A stretch of DNA of 63,681 nucleotides, filler included, from Folioceros fuciformis (taxonomy: Eukaryota), in assembly GCA_049999805.1 (NCBI GenBank). It is 9 parts of 9 records of this genome, joined end to end, with 100 filler letters (N's around TTAATTAATTAA, not from the genome) between each part and the next. Parts side by side here need not be neighbours in the genome. Positions count along the whole stretch, not along the records: positions 1 to 12,994 come from JBNGIO010000921.1; positions 13,095 to 20,942 come from JBNGIO010000925.1; positions 21,043 to 27,522 come from JBNGIO010000926.1; 6 more parts are not named here. One strand, 5' to 3'. The notes below the pieces were generated by a model. That model did no database searches, was not told the DNA's origin, and was given only the letters and a program-made list of their open reading frames with translations. The translations under genes were made by a program, and so were the position numbers. This document shows positions 11,882 through 23,828 of the stretch, one piece after another (positions within the stretch are counted from its first letter, which is position 1; each line of letters begins with the position of its first letter).

Positions 11882-12994
11882 TCAACCGTAAACCGGGGTG
11901 AGATCAAAGTAGTAAGGCTTCAGCCTCCAAGTATCAAGCAGCCTCAGGGGTTTCCTTGGAACAGGGGGCTGGAACACAAGCACAGATAAGAGAAGGGAAG
12001 GTCACGACGGTCAAAACCCTAACAATTCCGCTACTCTGATCAACGCATGAGAATGTCTGTATGAGTGCTTGCTGCAATGCAGAGCAGAAACTATCCAAAC
12101 ATCACAGGCTCTCCCACAAGGAATTCTTGTCTACACCGCTCTCTCCCACACTCTCTCGAATTTCACCAACTCCATTTCGAGGGGGTGTGATTGGAACTTA
12201 CAAGAACGTCCGTGATCTCCTGTGTGTGGAACTTGTTGTCAGTGAAGGGGTAGATGATCTCCTTGCCGTAGGTTACCACAACGCTCTGGTACTCGTCAAC
12301 CGGCTCCAGACGCACAGCGTCGGACTTGACTTCCGGTGGGAACACAGCCCGGTGCACGTGCGCTATATGGCGAATATGAGGGATCTTGCCGGGCGTGCGC
12401 TTCTTGACAGGCCTTGGCGGAAAGACGATCAGTTCCGGATCCTGCAAAAGGGGAAAGGCGCCACAGTTACAAGAAGACACGCCTGGTGGAATCTCTATTA
12501 CACCAGCAAGCAGCAACCTTCCAGTAGCTAACACAACAGCGAGAAGAAACCGCGCATTCCCTCAGCCCCAGAAGCCACAGACAGAAACAGGGTCCGCAAC
12601 ACTAACCACGTCCCGCAGCTTGAACGATCGGACCTTGGGGTCGGGGTAAAGCGTATCAAGATTGAAAGGAGGCAGAATCTCGTTCCCGTAATTCAACACA
12701 ACGTGCTGCAAATTCTTGGTTGGAACTCTCCGATCCTCGTCCTTCTGGCCCGGGAAGACGGCGCGCAGCAGCGCAGCGATGCCGTGGATGTGAGGGATCT
12801 TCGGCCCGCCTTCCTTCGTCCTGTTCCAACTCCCCTGCACCGTCACGCCGTATTTGTCGGGCTTGTGGTAGCCATGCCCTCTACACGGCACCGACGCGCG
12901 CCTTGGGGGCCCGGGGTTCGACTTATCCGCCACTCTCGCAGGCTTGCGTCGACGGGAGCATGAGTTTGTGTATGCACGACGGGCAAGCCCGGGC
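11882..12994 (-). CDS. Unknown spliced protein with two internal repeats, 5'-truncated at the gap
   Basis: The frame is open to the segment edge. Donor GTG|GTTAGT (~12606) and acceptor TTTTGCAG|GAT (~12441) join two ORFs in frame, and a second donor CTT|GTAAGT lies at ~12201. The 3' exons are tentative. Confidence 0.6.
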
Positions 12995-13094
12995 NNNNNN
13001 NNNNNNNNNNNNNNNNNNNNNNNNNNNNNNNNNNNNNNTTAATTAATTAANNNNNNNNNNNNNNNNNNNNNNNNNNNNNNNNNNNNNNNNNNNN
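12995..13094. other. Artificial assembly spacer N44-TTAATTAATTAA-N44
   Basis: Identical 100-nt N-padded six-frame-stop linker, present 8 times in the window. Confidence 0.98.
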
Positions 13095-13742
13095 TGAAAT
13101 GAATCAATATAGGTTGCGCTCCTAATTCTATCAATACTTTTTCCGGCGCAAAACCTTCTATCAAAAATTCATATCCATCATTGTCAAGAAATGCAATTCC
13201 TGGTCTAACTTTTGTTCTGTCGTCATTATTTTGCATATTACTATCGAGACAAAGTGAAACTGTCTGGCTTAGCTTTTTACTTGCATCAAGCCACTCCACC
13301 ATCACGTCCTGCAAAAGTTCTCAAATCTTTGCTTCGCTCACCCCCACCTTCATGCCCAACTCTAACACACTTTGGATACAACCAATCACATCACTCTGAG
13401 ACACCTGCGTTCTCTTACTCACTTGTTGTTCCAACACCTTCACTGCTCTACCATGCATCTTCTCACCAAAATCTTTCATATCCACATCTAATACTTCAAA
13501 TGATTGCAGATATTTCCATCCTAACACCGCTGATCTTCCATGGTTCTTATGTTGACCCTCCAATCTTGGGTTGTATCTTTTCTTGACAACCTCTACTTCC
13601 AATGCATCTTCCTTGTTCACCTCACAAACAAATGCATCCAGCTGGAACTCCTTATAAGCCTTCTCCTTCTCACCCAAGTCCTTCTTTTTCTCCATTGTTT
13701 TAACTTCCTTGATCTTAACTCCGCCATTCTGGCCACTAGCTT
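13095..13742 (-). mobile_element. Ty3/gypsy-like retroelement, 3' part of gag to degenerate aspartic protease (interrupted by copia insertion)
   Basis: Coiled-coil ORFs end in KVLIELGAQP, a degenerate LID(S/T)GA protease motif. The frame rejoins the 18688+ sequence when the copia element and one TSD are removed. Confidence 0.6.
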
Positions 13743-13747
13743 CCTTC

Positions 13748-14038
13748 TGTAGGGTTATTAAAGCCCAATGTGCTTAGACGAATGTGTTTAGTTTAAGATT
13801 AATGTCTAGTTAAGTATCATTTGTTTAGATTAGCTTAAGCTAATTTGTAGGAAGCTTCTTTCGCAACTTCCTGTGCGCATCTTGTGAAGCTTCCTTGGAA
13901 GCTCTTTTAGAGGGTATAAATACCCCCTTGAGCTCCCTTGCTATAGTGACACTGTGAGATTGTGAGACCTCTCTTCCTCCTCTCCTCCTTGCTTCCTCCT
14001 CTCGTCCTTCACCATGTGACTCCTCTAGCGATCCTTCA
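13748..14038 (+). repeat. 5' LTR of the copia element (TG...CA)
   Basis: Starts TGTAGGG and ends ...ATCCTTCA. Positions 13912-14038 match 18575-18682. Contains TATAAATA. Confidence 0.85.
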
Positions 14039-14040
14039 AC

Positions 14041-14052
14041 TCGTATCAGAGC
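14041..14052 (+). promoter_or_regulatory. Primer-binding site (initiator tRNA-Met type)
   Basis: TCGTATCAGAGC, one mismatch to the canonical TGGTATCAGAGC, 2 nt after the LTR end. Confidence 0.85.
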
Positions 14053-17000
14053 ATGGATTGTGGAGCAAGAAGGCGTGTTGTATGCAACAGGAGTGGACTG
14101 CGAAGCCTGGCCGAGGCGTTGTTGCCTTGCTCGCGCACATGGCGATGTGCGCAGCCTAGCCCCTCCTACGCAAGGCAGCGACAGCGGAGGGTGCTAGGAA
14201 GCCCCCTGGGGGGTGCCAGGCCGTGGGGCGTGGGGCGTCGCCAGCTCGTGGGGCGCAGGGCCGCGCCAGGCTGCGGGAGCGCCCTCCAAACAGAGGCACC
14301 AGGCAGGCGCCGCCAGCCCATGGGGCGCGGGAGGGCCGCCTTGCCTCCATGGGCGCCAGGCCGTCAGCCCCCCCGGGCCGCCTCGCCGCGGGCGCCGGTG
14401 TGGGCGTTGCAGATGCCAGGCTCCAGAGAGCGGGCGCTGGAGAGCGAGCGCCGGAGAGAGGGCGCCGGATCGGCGCGGATGCCGTGTGCGAGGGCGCGGG
14501 CGTGGGCGGCCAAATTTCGATCGGAGGTCGGGACAATCCAGTTGTGAGCGACCGAGGTCTACAAATTGTGGACAGCCGATTTGGAACAAAGCAAGAGGGT
14601 AACTATCAAGATCTACATTACATTCCAACCATTTCTAGCTAGCCTTTTGCTTGATTTGCATCGATTTTGAAGCATGACGTCCTCAGAAAACGTCATGTTC
14701 AATATCGAGAAGTTAGATGGTACTAACTTCCCGTTCTGGAAAGAACAAGTGTATAATGTTCTAGTGCAGAAGAAGTAGATCAAGCTCATAAAGTTGCTAG
14801 GAGTGAAACCTGTTAGCATGACTCAGGATGAGTGGCAGGATCTAGATTAGCTTGCTAGATCTACCATCACGCTAACATTGTCGAAGTCGGTCTACTTCAA
14901 TGTGAAAGACAAGACCACAAGTTACGAGCTATGGCAGAAGTTGTGTGACCTGTTTGAGAAGCAAAGTGCGGCTTCTCAGGTGTATTAGTTGAAACAGCTA
15001 GTGGACTTGAAGATAAAGGAAGGGACGAGGATGTCCGATCATTTGAATGAGTTCAATACCACTTTTAGCCAGCTCTCATCTCAAGCTATCTCGTTCCCAG
15101 ATTCTGTGAGAGCTATGTTTCTGTTGGTCACATTACCAGAGAGTTGGGACACCTTTCGTACAGCTCTGAGTAATTCCGCTCCTACTAGTGGTCTTACCAT
15201 TGTAAATGCAGAAGGTAGCCTGTTAACAGAGGAGGTGAACAGGAAGAATATGGAACCTTCACCCTCATGGTGAGAGGAAGGTCCACTTCAAAAGGGAAGT
15301 ACAAGGAGCGAAGTCTTTCCCGTAGCAAATTTCGTAGTCGTAACAATTTTGAGTGTTATCATTGTCACAAAAAGGGTCACATCAGAAGGGACTACGAGAA
15401 GTTCAAGAAGGACAAAGGAAAGGAGAAGAAGCAGAGCGACAATAAGGCAAGTCCGAGTATCAAGCATGACGAGGTGAATTCTATTGATGATGGAGATGTT
15501 TTTATCTCTTCTTTCTTTGATTCTGCACAATAGATAGCCGTGGATAGTCACTTATTCTTTAATTGGATAATTTATTCTCTAACGTTGTGGAGCGTCTTTC
15601 CATGTTACTCCGCATAGGGAGTGGTTTAGCACCTATGATGCTACTAGGAAAGGATGTGATCGGCTTGAAAATAATTACGCATGCGAGATTGTAGGCGTTG
15701 GTGATGTGCAGCTGAAGTTCGACAACGGATCTTCATTCATACTGAAGGATGTTAGGCATGTTCCGAAGTTGACAAAAAGCATGATTAGCGCAGGGCAGTG
15801 GGATGACACTGGCTACCACTGCTGGTTTGGGGATAATTCTTGGAAGATTTCCAAAGGTTCTCTTGTGTTAGCTCGTGGATCGAAGTGTGGCACTTTGTAC
15901 TCACTTCAGGTAACCACTGTCAAGGATCATGTGATTGTGTAACGGAACAGCCAAGTGTTTCCTTGTGGCATTGTCGCTTAGGACATGTCTCAAAAAGGAA
16001 TGAAGATCTTATCTCGTTTTGGTTACATCCCTGCTTTTGACTTCTCCGATTTCTCCGTGTTTGAGCATTGTTTGTACGGAAAACAGACAAAATCATCACA
16101 TGGAGCAAGAGATAAACACAAAAGTAAACCTCTTGAATTGGTTCATAGTGACGTTTGTGGACCTATGCGCATTGTATCATTAGGCGGTGCATTCTATTTT
16201 GTCACTTTCATAGATGTTTTCTCACGCAAGGTGTGGGTTTATCCTTTGAGGAAAAAGGATGATGTTCTGATAGTGTTTCAGAAATTCGTCACCCTTGTGG
16301 AGAATCAGTCTGGCCTCCGGCTACTGTGTCTAAGGACAGACAATGGGGGAGAGTATGTTTCGAAGGCTTTCCAGTCATTCTGTGATTCCAAGGGAATCAA
16401 GAGAGAATTGACTGCCCCGTATACTCCTCCCCAGAATGGTGTGGCTGAACGGATGAACAGGACCATCTAGGAGAGGATGCGTAGTTTGTTGTCAAACTCT
16501 GGATTGTCTAACGGATTTTGGGCATAAGCAGTGTCTACTGTGGTGCATCTTATTAACAGATCTCCTAATAAGATTGTGAATGAGCAGGTTCCAGAGGAGA
16601 TATGGTCTGGAAAGAAGTTGTCTTACAAGCATCTACGAGTGTTTGGCTGCAAGGCATACTACCATATTCCAAAGGAGTTTCGGGACAAGTTGGCACCCAA
16701 GTCCAAGAAATGTATTTTTCTTGGCTATGGTGAATCTGGTGAAATGGGATACCGTCTATACGATCTAAAGGCCAAGAAGGTTGTTCGCAGCAATGACATG
16801 TTCTTCAATGAGACCAAGATCCACAAGAAGCCTACTCCAACTGCGGAGGTGCGACGGGTGGTCTTCCAAGAAGATGGACTTGACCGTCAGGGGCAAGTTG
16901 AACGTCATGATGTGCAAGAACCCGCTCCTCCACTTGTAGAAGAAGAGAGAGTGCAACCAGCTCCGGTCGAGGCGCTTATGCTGCGTAGGTCAGGAAGGAT

Positions 17001-18574
17001 TTCACGTCCTCCTGACAGGTATGTTGCATCTCTTGATTATGTCATGCTGACAGATTGTAGGGAGCCCTCTTGTTATCAAGAGGCCATGTCAGTGACTGAC
17101 AAGGACAAGTGGAAGAAGGCGATGCAGTCGCATATGGATTTGCTCCATAAGAACCAAACTTGGGAGTTGGTTCTGCTGCCTAAGGGCAAGAAGGCGTTGC
17201 CATGCAAATGGGTGTATAAGATAAAGGACATACCCCATTATGGCAAACCAAAGTACAAATCACGTTTGGTTGCTAAGCATTTTAAGCAATAGCAAGGTAT
17301 TGACTCTGATGAGATTTTCTCACCAGTTGTTAAAATGACCACTTTGCGATGTGTTCTTGCTTTGGTTGCGAGGAATGACATGGAACTTGTCCGGATGGAT
17401 GTGAAGTCGGCATTTCTGCATGGTGATCTCCAAAAGAGGTATACATGCAGCACCCAGAGGATTTCATTGAGAAGGGCAAAGAGAATCTGGTGTGCAGGTT
17501 AAAGAAGAGCCTTTATGGTTTGAAACAGGCACCTAGGGAGCGGTATTACACGTTCCACTCATTTATGCTTTCTCAAGGCTACAAACGTAGCGATGAGGAT
17601 CATTGCCTCTATACGAAGCAAGCTAAGGATGGAAGCTTGCTCATTTTGGTCCTCTATGTGGATGATATGCTAATTGCTGGGAATAGCAGTGATGAGATTT
17701 CAGCGTTGAAGTCAAAGTTGAATGCTCACTTTGACATGATAGACTTGGGAGAGGCAAGCCATATTCTTGGCATGCATATTCGTCAAGATAGACATAAGCA
17801 TTTGCTTTACTTGTCTCATAAGTAATACATTAACAAGGTGGTTCAACGTTTCAATATGGAGAAGGGGAAGGTATTGAGTACTCTGTTGCCTCCATATGTG
17901 AAACTTTTGAGCAAGGATTGTCCAAGCTCTCAGAGAACAAAGCTGAAATGGAGAAGGTTCCATACTCATGAGCTGTAGGGAGTTTGACGTATGCAATGAT
18001 TGCTACACATCTTGACATTGCTTTTGCAGTGGAAGTGGTTAGCAGGTTTATGTCAAACCCTGGCAGGAAGCATTGGGAGGCAATGAAAGGAGTTATGAGG
18101 TACTTAAATCGTACAAAAGCTTTATGCATATGTTTTGGTAGTGAACATGCATCTGCTGTGGGATATACGGATGTTGATTATGCAGGGGATATGGACAAAA
18201 GGAGGTCCACATCAGGTTATGTCTTCATGTGCACTGGAGGGGCAGTCTCATGGCGATCTCGTTTGCAATTGTGCATAACGCTATCTACCACAAAGGCCGA
18301 GTATGTTGCAGCGACTGAGGCTTGCAAGGAAGCCATGTGGCTTGCTCGTTTAGTGAGAGATTTGGGGATCAAGGTTGAGTTGCCTTTGTTGCATTGTGAT
18401 AGCCAGAGTGCTATCTACTTGGCGAAGAATCCAGTGTTTCATGCGAAGACCAAACATGTGGAAGTGAAGTATCACTTCATTTGAGAGGTGTTGGAAGACA
18501 AGAGGGTACAGCTTGTCAAAGTTCACACCAGTCAGAACCCTGCAAATTTTCTCACCCAGGGGCTCTCTACGGAT

Positions 18575-18682
18575 GGGTATAAATACCCCCTTGAGCTCCC
18601 TTGCAATAGTGACACTGTGAGAGTGCGAGACCTCTCTTCCTCCTCTCCTCCTTCACCATGTGACTCCTCTAGCGATCCTTCA
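18575..18682 (+). repeat. 5'-truncated 3' LTR of the copia element
   Basis: Matches only the distal part of the 5' LTR. It is fused directly to the RNase H end, with no PPT. Confidence 0.85.
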
Positions 18683-18687
18683 CCTTC

Positions 18688-20942
18688 AACCTATTAATTT
18701 CAGTCTTCAAATCTGCTATATGCAACTCTAACAATTTGTGACACTTGTCCATTCGACCCAAATTATCTCCACTAGATCCTCCAAACCTATTTCCTTCAGC
18801 TCTTTGCACCTATCTTACATTCTTAATATTTTGCCCCTTAAAACCAAACTTTGTGGGCTTGAGAGAAGAGTACTTTTGCCAACAAACTTTCTTCAAATGA
18901 CCTTTCTTTCCACAATGTTTACAGCCTACATCTCTCTTAATTGAACACTCCATCATCACATGAGTACCACTCCCACAACGCAAGTACTTTATCCCTTCTT
19001 CTGTCTCTACATTCATGACAGGTTTCATATACCTATTGTCCACTCTTGACATGTTTGATTGCTGTTGCTAAGTTGGTCTCCATTTAGGCAGATAATTATG
19101 TCGAGGAACTATCACTGAAAATGCACCTCCCCTTATGTCTGTCCCAACCTTTCTTCCCATAGCCTTTAGCAATGCCCTTGCGTGCTCATGTTTCTCTACA
19201 ATTGGGAATACCTGATCCAACATATATGTTTTACCATATAGTGCCGTTAATTCTCTAAATACATCCTCCTTGATATCCTCATCCAAATTGCAAATGTATT
19301 TAAAACAAACTTCCATCTCATTGTGCATCCCCATATCTATCATTAGCTGGCTAGTCCGATTATAAAGCATAAGTGTCGTTTCATCAGGTTTTCTCCTCAA
19401 ATTTGCCAACTCTTCTATCTTCATGGCATTAACAGATGGAAATCTCATTTTCAATCGAATAAAAAATTCTTTTACTGGCTCAGCAAGTGTACTAGTCATC
19501 ACCAAATCCATGAAACTTCTCAGATAAGACTTGTAAGCATCTCCACACAACAAGTTCCCTAACAAAGTAAATTCATATCTAGGATCTAATTCAATGTCCT
19601 CACCTCCACACTCCTGCAACTTGATCATATAAAACATGCACATTAACTGGTTAATGGACACCGATGACTTGGGATGCCCTAAATACTTCTCACTCTTTGC
19701 AGGTAATACTACTCCCCCTCTACCTTTTCTTTCCAACCCAAAAGTTTTCTCAGTCGACAAGTTTAACATTTGGCTTTCTGTTCATCTCACCAACTTTTCC
19801 ACGTCATTTACTTCTCCCGGATGTCCTTGCACGTCCATAGGCTCCACGGTCCGGTTTTGTATGTCTATAACAAGTTCTTTTTCTCTGATCACAAACCCTC
19901 TTTCCTTGCACACATGCCTCCACTCTTCATCAGACAGTTGTAGCCTTCCTTCCCTTGCTTCTACCCCTACAGACGTTTTGTGTCTCTTATCTATGTCCTC
20001 GTTAAGATCTGCATTTCCAACTTCTCCCTCTATCTCTCTACCTAAAACACTCGCCCTATGCAAATTTCCTCCTTCCTCGTTGTGGAGGCAAAACACCAGG
20101 CACTAATTGCTAACGGGTTCCACCTTTAGCGGCCACACTTATCCCACTGTCGTTGAGACATTGGGTTTCGTTCCCATGAAGGAGCGATGGGGTTTCTTGC
20201 TGCTGTGGATAGAGGGTCGGACTCAATCGACTTGATGATGGAGTCGAGGGCTACCCTCCAGCTCCGATCAGGCGTAGGACAGGCCTCGCTGTCCCACGGT
20301 CAGCTGCAACTCACTCCAGTCACTACAACGACTCTAACCTCTCAGATCTGCGACTTCCCTCACACACTTCACTCACTCTCTCACGCCAGCACCAACACCA
20401 GCAACTACCAGCAACCAGCAACGACACCACTACCTTCTACACTTCCCTGCTGACTCCTCCTACCCGGCAAGAGTCACTAGACTAACCCCAAACAAAAGGA
20501 AGAAGGGAACACACTCCCCTCTCGGATAGGACCTCCCCATAACCTTACCAGACGCCATGAAACATGGCTAGCCTACAGCACTTGTCCAAATAGGGAACAA
20601 GAGTGAACAGGTTGAGAGAAAGACACATCCTTTACAATCAAGAGCTAGAGGCAAGCCCCTTCACCCTGGTCATTACACCTTGTGATCCTACCAGACACTA
20701 TACAACCGGCAACACGCTGCCCGCGATCCTACCAGACACTGTACAGCCGGCAACACGCTGCCTGCGATCCTACCAGACACTGTACAGCCGGCAACACGCG
20801 GCTTGCGATCCTATTAGACGTTGCACAGCCGGCAACACACTGCAGGTCCTAAACCAAGCAAGGAGAGACCACAAGAGCTCATGAAGAGAGGACCTCCAAG
20901 AGCTCACGAAGAGATAGACTGACTCCCAAAGTGAATGACTCC
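18688..20942 (-). mobile_element. Gypsy-like retroelement gag region and probable 5' LTR/leader
   Basis: Gag-like helical ORF (19068-19769) and two zinc-knuckle-like motifs (LRCGSGTHVMMEC degenerate; CKHCGKKGHLKKVC). A CA|TGG PBS-like junction at ~20545-20559 is tentative. Confidence 0.65.
20682..20843. repeat. 41-bp tandem repeat, ~4 copies
   Basis: Unit GCGATCCTACCAGACACTGTACAGCCGGCAACACGCTGCCT. Confidence 0.9.
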
Positions 20943-21042
20943 NNNNNNNNNNNNNNNNNNNNNNNNNNNNNNNNNNNNNNNNNNNNTTAATTAATTAANN
21001 NNNNNNNNNNNNNNNNNNNNNNNNNNNNNNNNNNNNNNNNNN
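20943..21042. other. Artificial assembly spacer
   Basis: N44-TTAATTAATTAA-N44. Confidence 0.98.
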
Positions 21043-21477
21043 CAACATCGGTCCCAAAGCGGGCAATCGATCTTCCGTGACACACACTCACCGCCATCCC
21101 CCACGCGGGCCAGGCTCCATTTGCGTTGGGACACGGCTCAGCCTGCCACAGCTACCTCCAACCCCGAAACCCCGTGCCGTCGTGCAGACATTCGAAGTCT
21201 CGGCCGCCATGGCCTTACTGTATGTCCTTCGCTCCCTGGCCCCCGGTCGTGAACCTTCCGTATTCAACGGTGCTGGACACAATTAAGTTAACATAGATAG
21301 AGGGATGCATGTGTACATCAGAAACAATAAACAAGTATGCTATGCGCCAATTCACACCGCGTCCGCTGGAAACACCGTTCCTAGGGTCGTTACCGAAATC
21401 CCGCAGCGCTCCCGACCTCGGCGCGATGGACGATAGCTAATTGCTACTGCTTGCTGATCGATCCATCGAATGCATCG

Positions 21478-22946
21478 ATGCCAGGTGCAGCTGTCATGCC
21501 TTGCCTCACTGTGACTGTGATTCCGGTCGGTGCGGCTGGAGCCTGCGGCATCAGGCGGACCGCAGATGTGGTGTGGTGCCTAGCAGGTTCCACAGACACG
21601 AGCTTGGAGAGTGAGAGCCTGAGCCTGTCAGGTCGGGAGAGGAGGAAGCAGAGGAATGCACGGCGGGAGGAGCTTAAGACGTCTCGGGAGAACTGGAGGG
21701 AGGAGGTGGAGAGGAGGCTGGATGTGAAGAAGAAGAAGCTACAAGGCTGGGAGCAGGAGCTGGACACTAATCGGCTGGCTGAGCAGGGGCTTAGATGGTG
21801 GATGTTGCAGGTATTCAAGAACAAGGAGAAGGAGCTGGCTGATTATTTTGAAGCTGAATTCCCCGAACGATTTCCTGCAGAGCACTTTGAGGTGAGGACC
21901 TTGCCGGCTTAGCTCAGCATACCATCACCATCGCCGTGGTGTGGTGTGGATCTGGATTGTTTTCCATTACGCTTTCGCAGGTCCGTCTAGGCGGAGGGAG
22001 CGCTGCTCTTATCAGATGCCGACCTGTTTTACAGAGGCTTCGGTAAAATATCGGTGCAGGTTCTGGTGCCCTCGGTTCCTTGCGGGAAGGGTGGGAGAGG
22101 AGGCGCTTATTTCGATGGAAGGAAGAGGCTGTTCCCGTGCATTGTTCTCATTCGTTGCGTTCTCAACAGGGATAAGTACAACTTCTTCGCCAGGACGTAC
22201 AATGTCATGGATTTCTTCGGACATAAGGCCGGGCCGTCGTAAGTCTGCTTCTTCCCCGTTGTGCCAGTTCCGCTCTGAATGGGAATGGTTTGGCCTTTAT
22301 TTTCTCCCTGGGAGTGACTAGCCTTTCAAGTTCAATGATTTTGTGGCGATTTTTGTGTTTCTCTGGCAGGTACCTGGACCGCATAATGCCGGCCCCGGTA
22401 TCCATTAACCAGATCGAGGATATTTTAGAGCAAGTGAGAAAGGCAGATGTCGATTGGAAAGAGGCTGAAGCAGATAGGCAGAGGGCAGAGGATTTGAAGG
22501 CCGAGGAGAAGGAGCGCAAGAAAGAAGAAGCGAAAGCGATTGCGGCCGATAAGAGGAGGCAAGCTAAGGAAGACAGAGAGAGGATGAAGACGCAACAGAT
22601 ACACGATACGAATCGAGCGCCTGTGCCGGTGTTGAAACCATTTCGTGTGGGAGACAGGATCATGGCCATCTCCGGGCCTTTCAAGGACTTCACCGGCATC
22701 GTTGTGCAGTCTCCCAAAAAGGGAGAGAAGGTATGTACGGATGTGTGCTCTCATTTCTGGTCAATGCTGACGGAGGTGGGGCAGGGGTTGGTCGTAGGGT
22801 CCTAGCCGAACGAAGTGCTGATTTCGCAACTGTCGCAGGTCAAGGTGTACTTCACAATGCATGGTAGAGAGCAAGCTGCGGCGATAGATCCTAACCAGAT
22901 AATTGAAATAGGCCCATCAGACAACAACGGGGCATTGGCTGGATAA
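21478..22946 (+). CDS. PTAC13: Plastid transcriptionally active 13 (NusG/KOW-domain protein), 4 exons
   Basis: RERRKQRN..RE...WREEVERRL, WWMLQV, LFPCIVLIRCVLN (NGN domain), FRVGDRIMAISGPFKDFTG (KOW) and VKVYFTMHGRE, with GT-AG introns. Confidence 0.85.
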
Positions 22947-23828
22947 CTAAGCACAAGCCAACCCTTCGAATTCTAGCGCCATCGTATTTGGGCGCCGAGA
23001 CAAAAGGTGTACGTTTGATTCCATCTTCTCAAATTGTAAAAGTAGACCCGCATTCTGCGCTTCCGATGTGGGTTTCGAAAACCGTGAGTGTGCTCACACA
23101 GTTAGTTTCACCTTGGACGGCCTTTACCACTCCGCTCCAGCTTCAGTGCCTGCTACCAAATAAGGGCTAAGAGATGGCCAAATCTCTACAAGAGGAAGGA
23201 ACGAGAACAAACCAAACCACGAACCGCGTACCTCTCTTGCGTTGTCGTTCTTCATGCGCGTACATGCGCTGATGAAACAGGTGCTTTAGTCCGCACAGGC
23301 GCATGTCACTAGAGACAAGTGAACTGTTGGGCAACAAAGGCACAGGAACGGGAAGCAGTAAGACAAGGCAACTCCTATGTATATTACCAAGTTCACAAGG
23401 TTAGTGCCTTATCAACACCACTGAGACATTTGAACGCAGGAAATCGTTTGCTCAGTCGAGATGAAGAAACGAGTTGTGGGAGCCCCTGATAAGTAGCACA
23501 AATCCGCTCACCCTGCTGCTGGTGTGTTCCATGAATGCCATGACCGGTTTAGGGTTGTCCATTTACCAACTCACATCGTCTTTCAACAACACAAGTCTCC
23601 ACCGCCATGAGGCTGAGAACAGTGTGCACAAGGAGCATTTGCCACCAGAGTAGCACTTGACACACAAGGAATGAAAATGTGTTCCACCTGCTAGACTTGT
23701 GTCCAGGACGGCAACCCTGACCCACCTCAAATCCAGCTTCTCGATGCCCCATATTATCCAGAAAGGGAATGCCGCTCCACTACACTTCACTCCACCCCAC
23801 TCCACTCGCATACACCCTGTCATTACCA

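Larger units (their letters stand above)
13748..18682 (+). mobile_element. Decayed Ty1/copia LTR retrotransposon with CCTTC target-site duplication
   Basis: Order is gag-PR-INT-RT-RH. Motifs: IEKLDGTNF, CYHCHKKGH, LWHCRLGH, LELVHSDVCGP, LRTDNGGEY, QNGVAERMNRT, LYGLKQAPR, YVDDML, DKRRSTSGY, KTKHVEVKYHFI. Many stops and frameshifts. CCTTC flanks at 13743-13747 and 18683-18687. Confidence 0.95.

Noticed and set aside
13039-13050. Repeated TTAATTAATTAA motif between N runs
   Set aside because: Artificial six-frame-stop contig linker. Adjacency across these spacers cannot be assumed to be biological.
21043-21290. Possible first exon of a minus-strand gene (MAAETSNV...GGWR|GTGAGT)
   Set aside because: Good donor but short, cut by the gap and with no recognisable motif; left unannotated.
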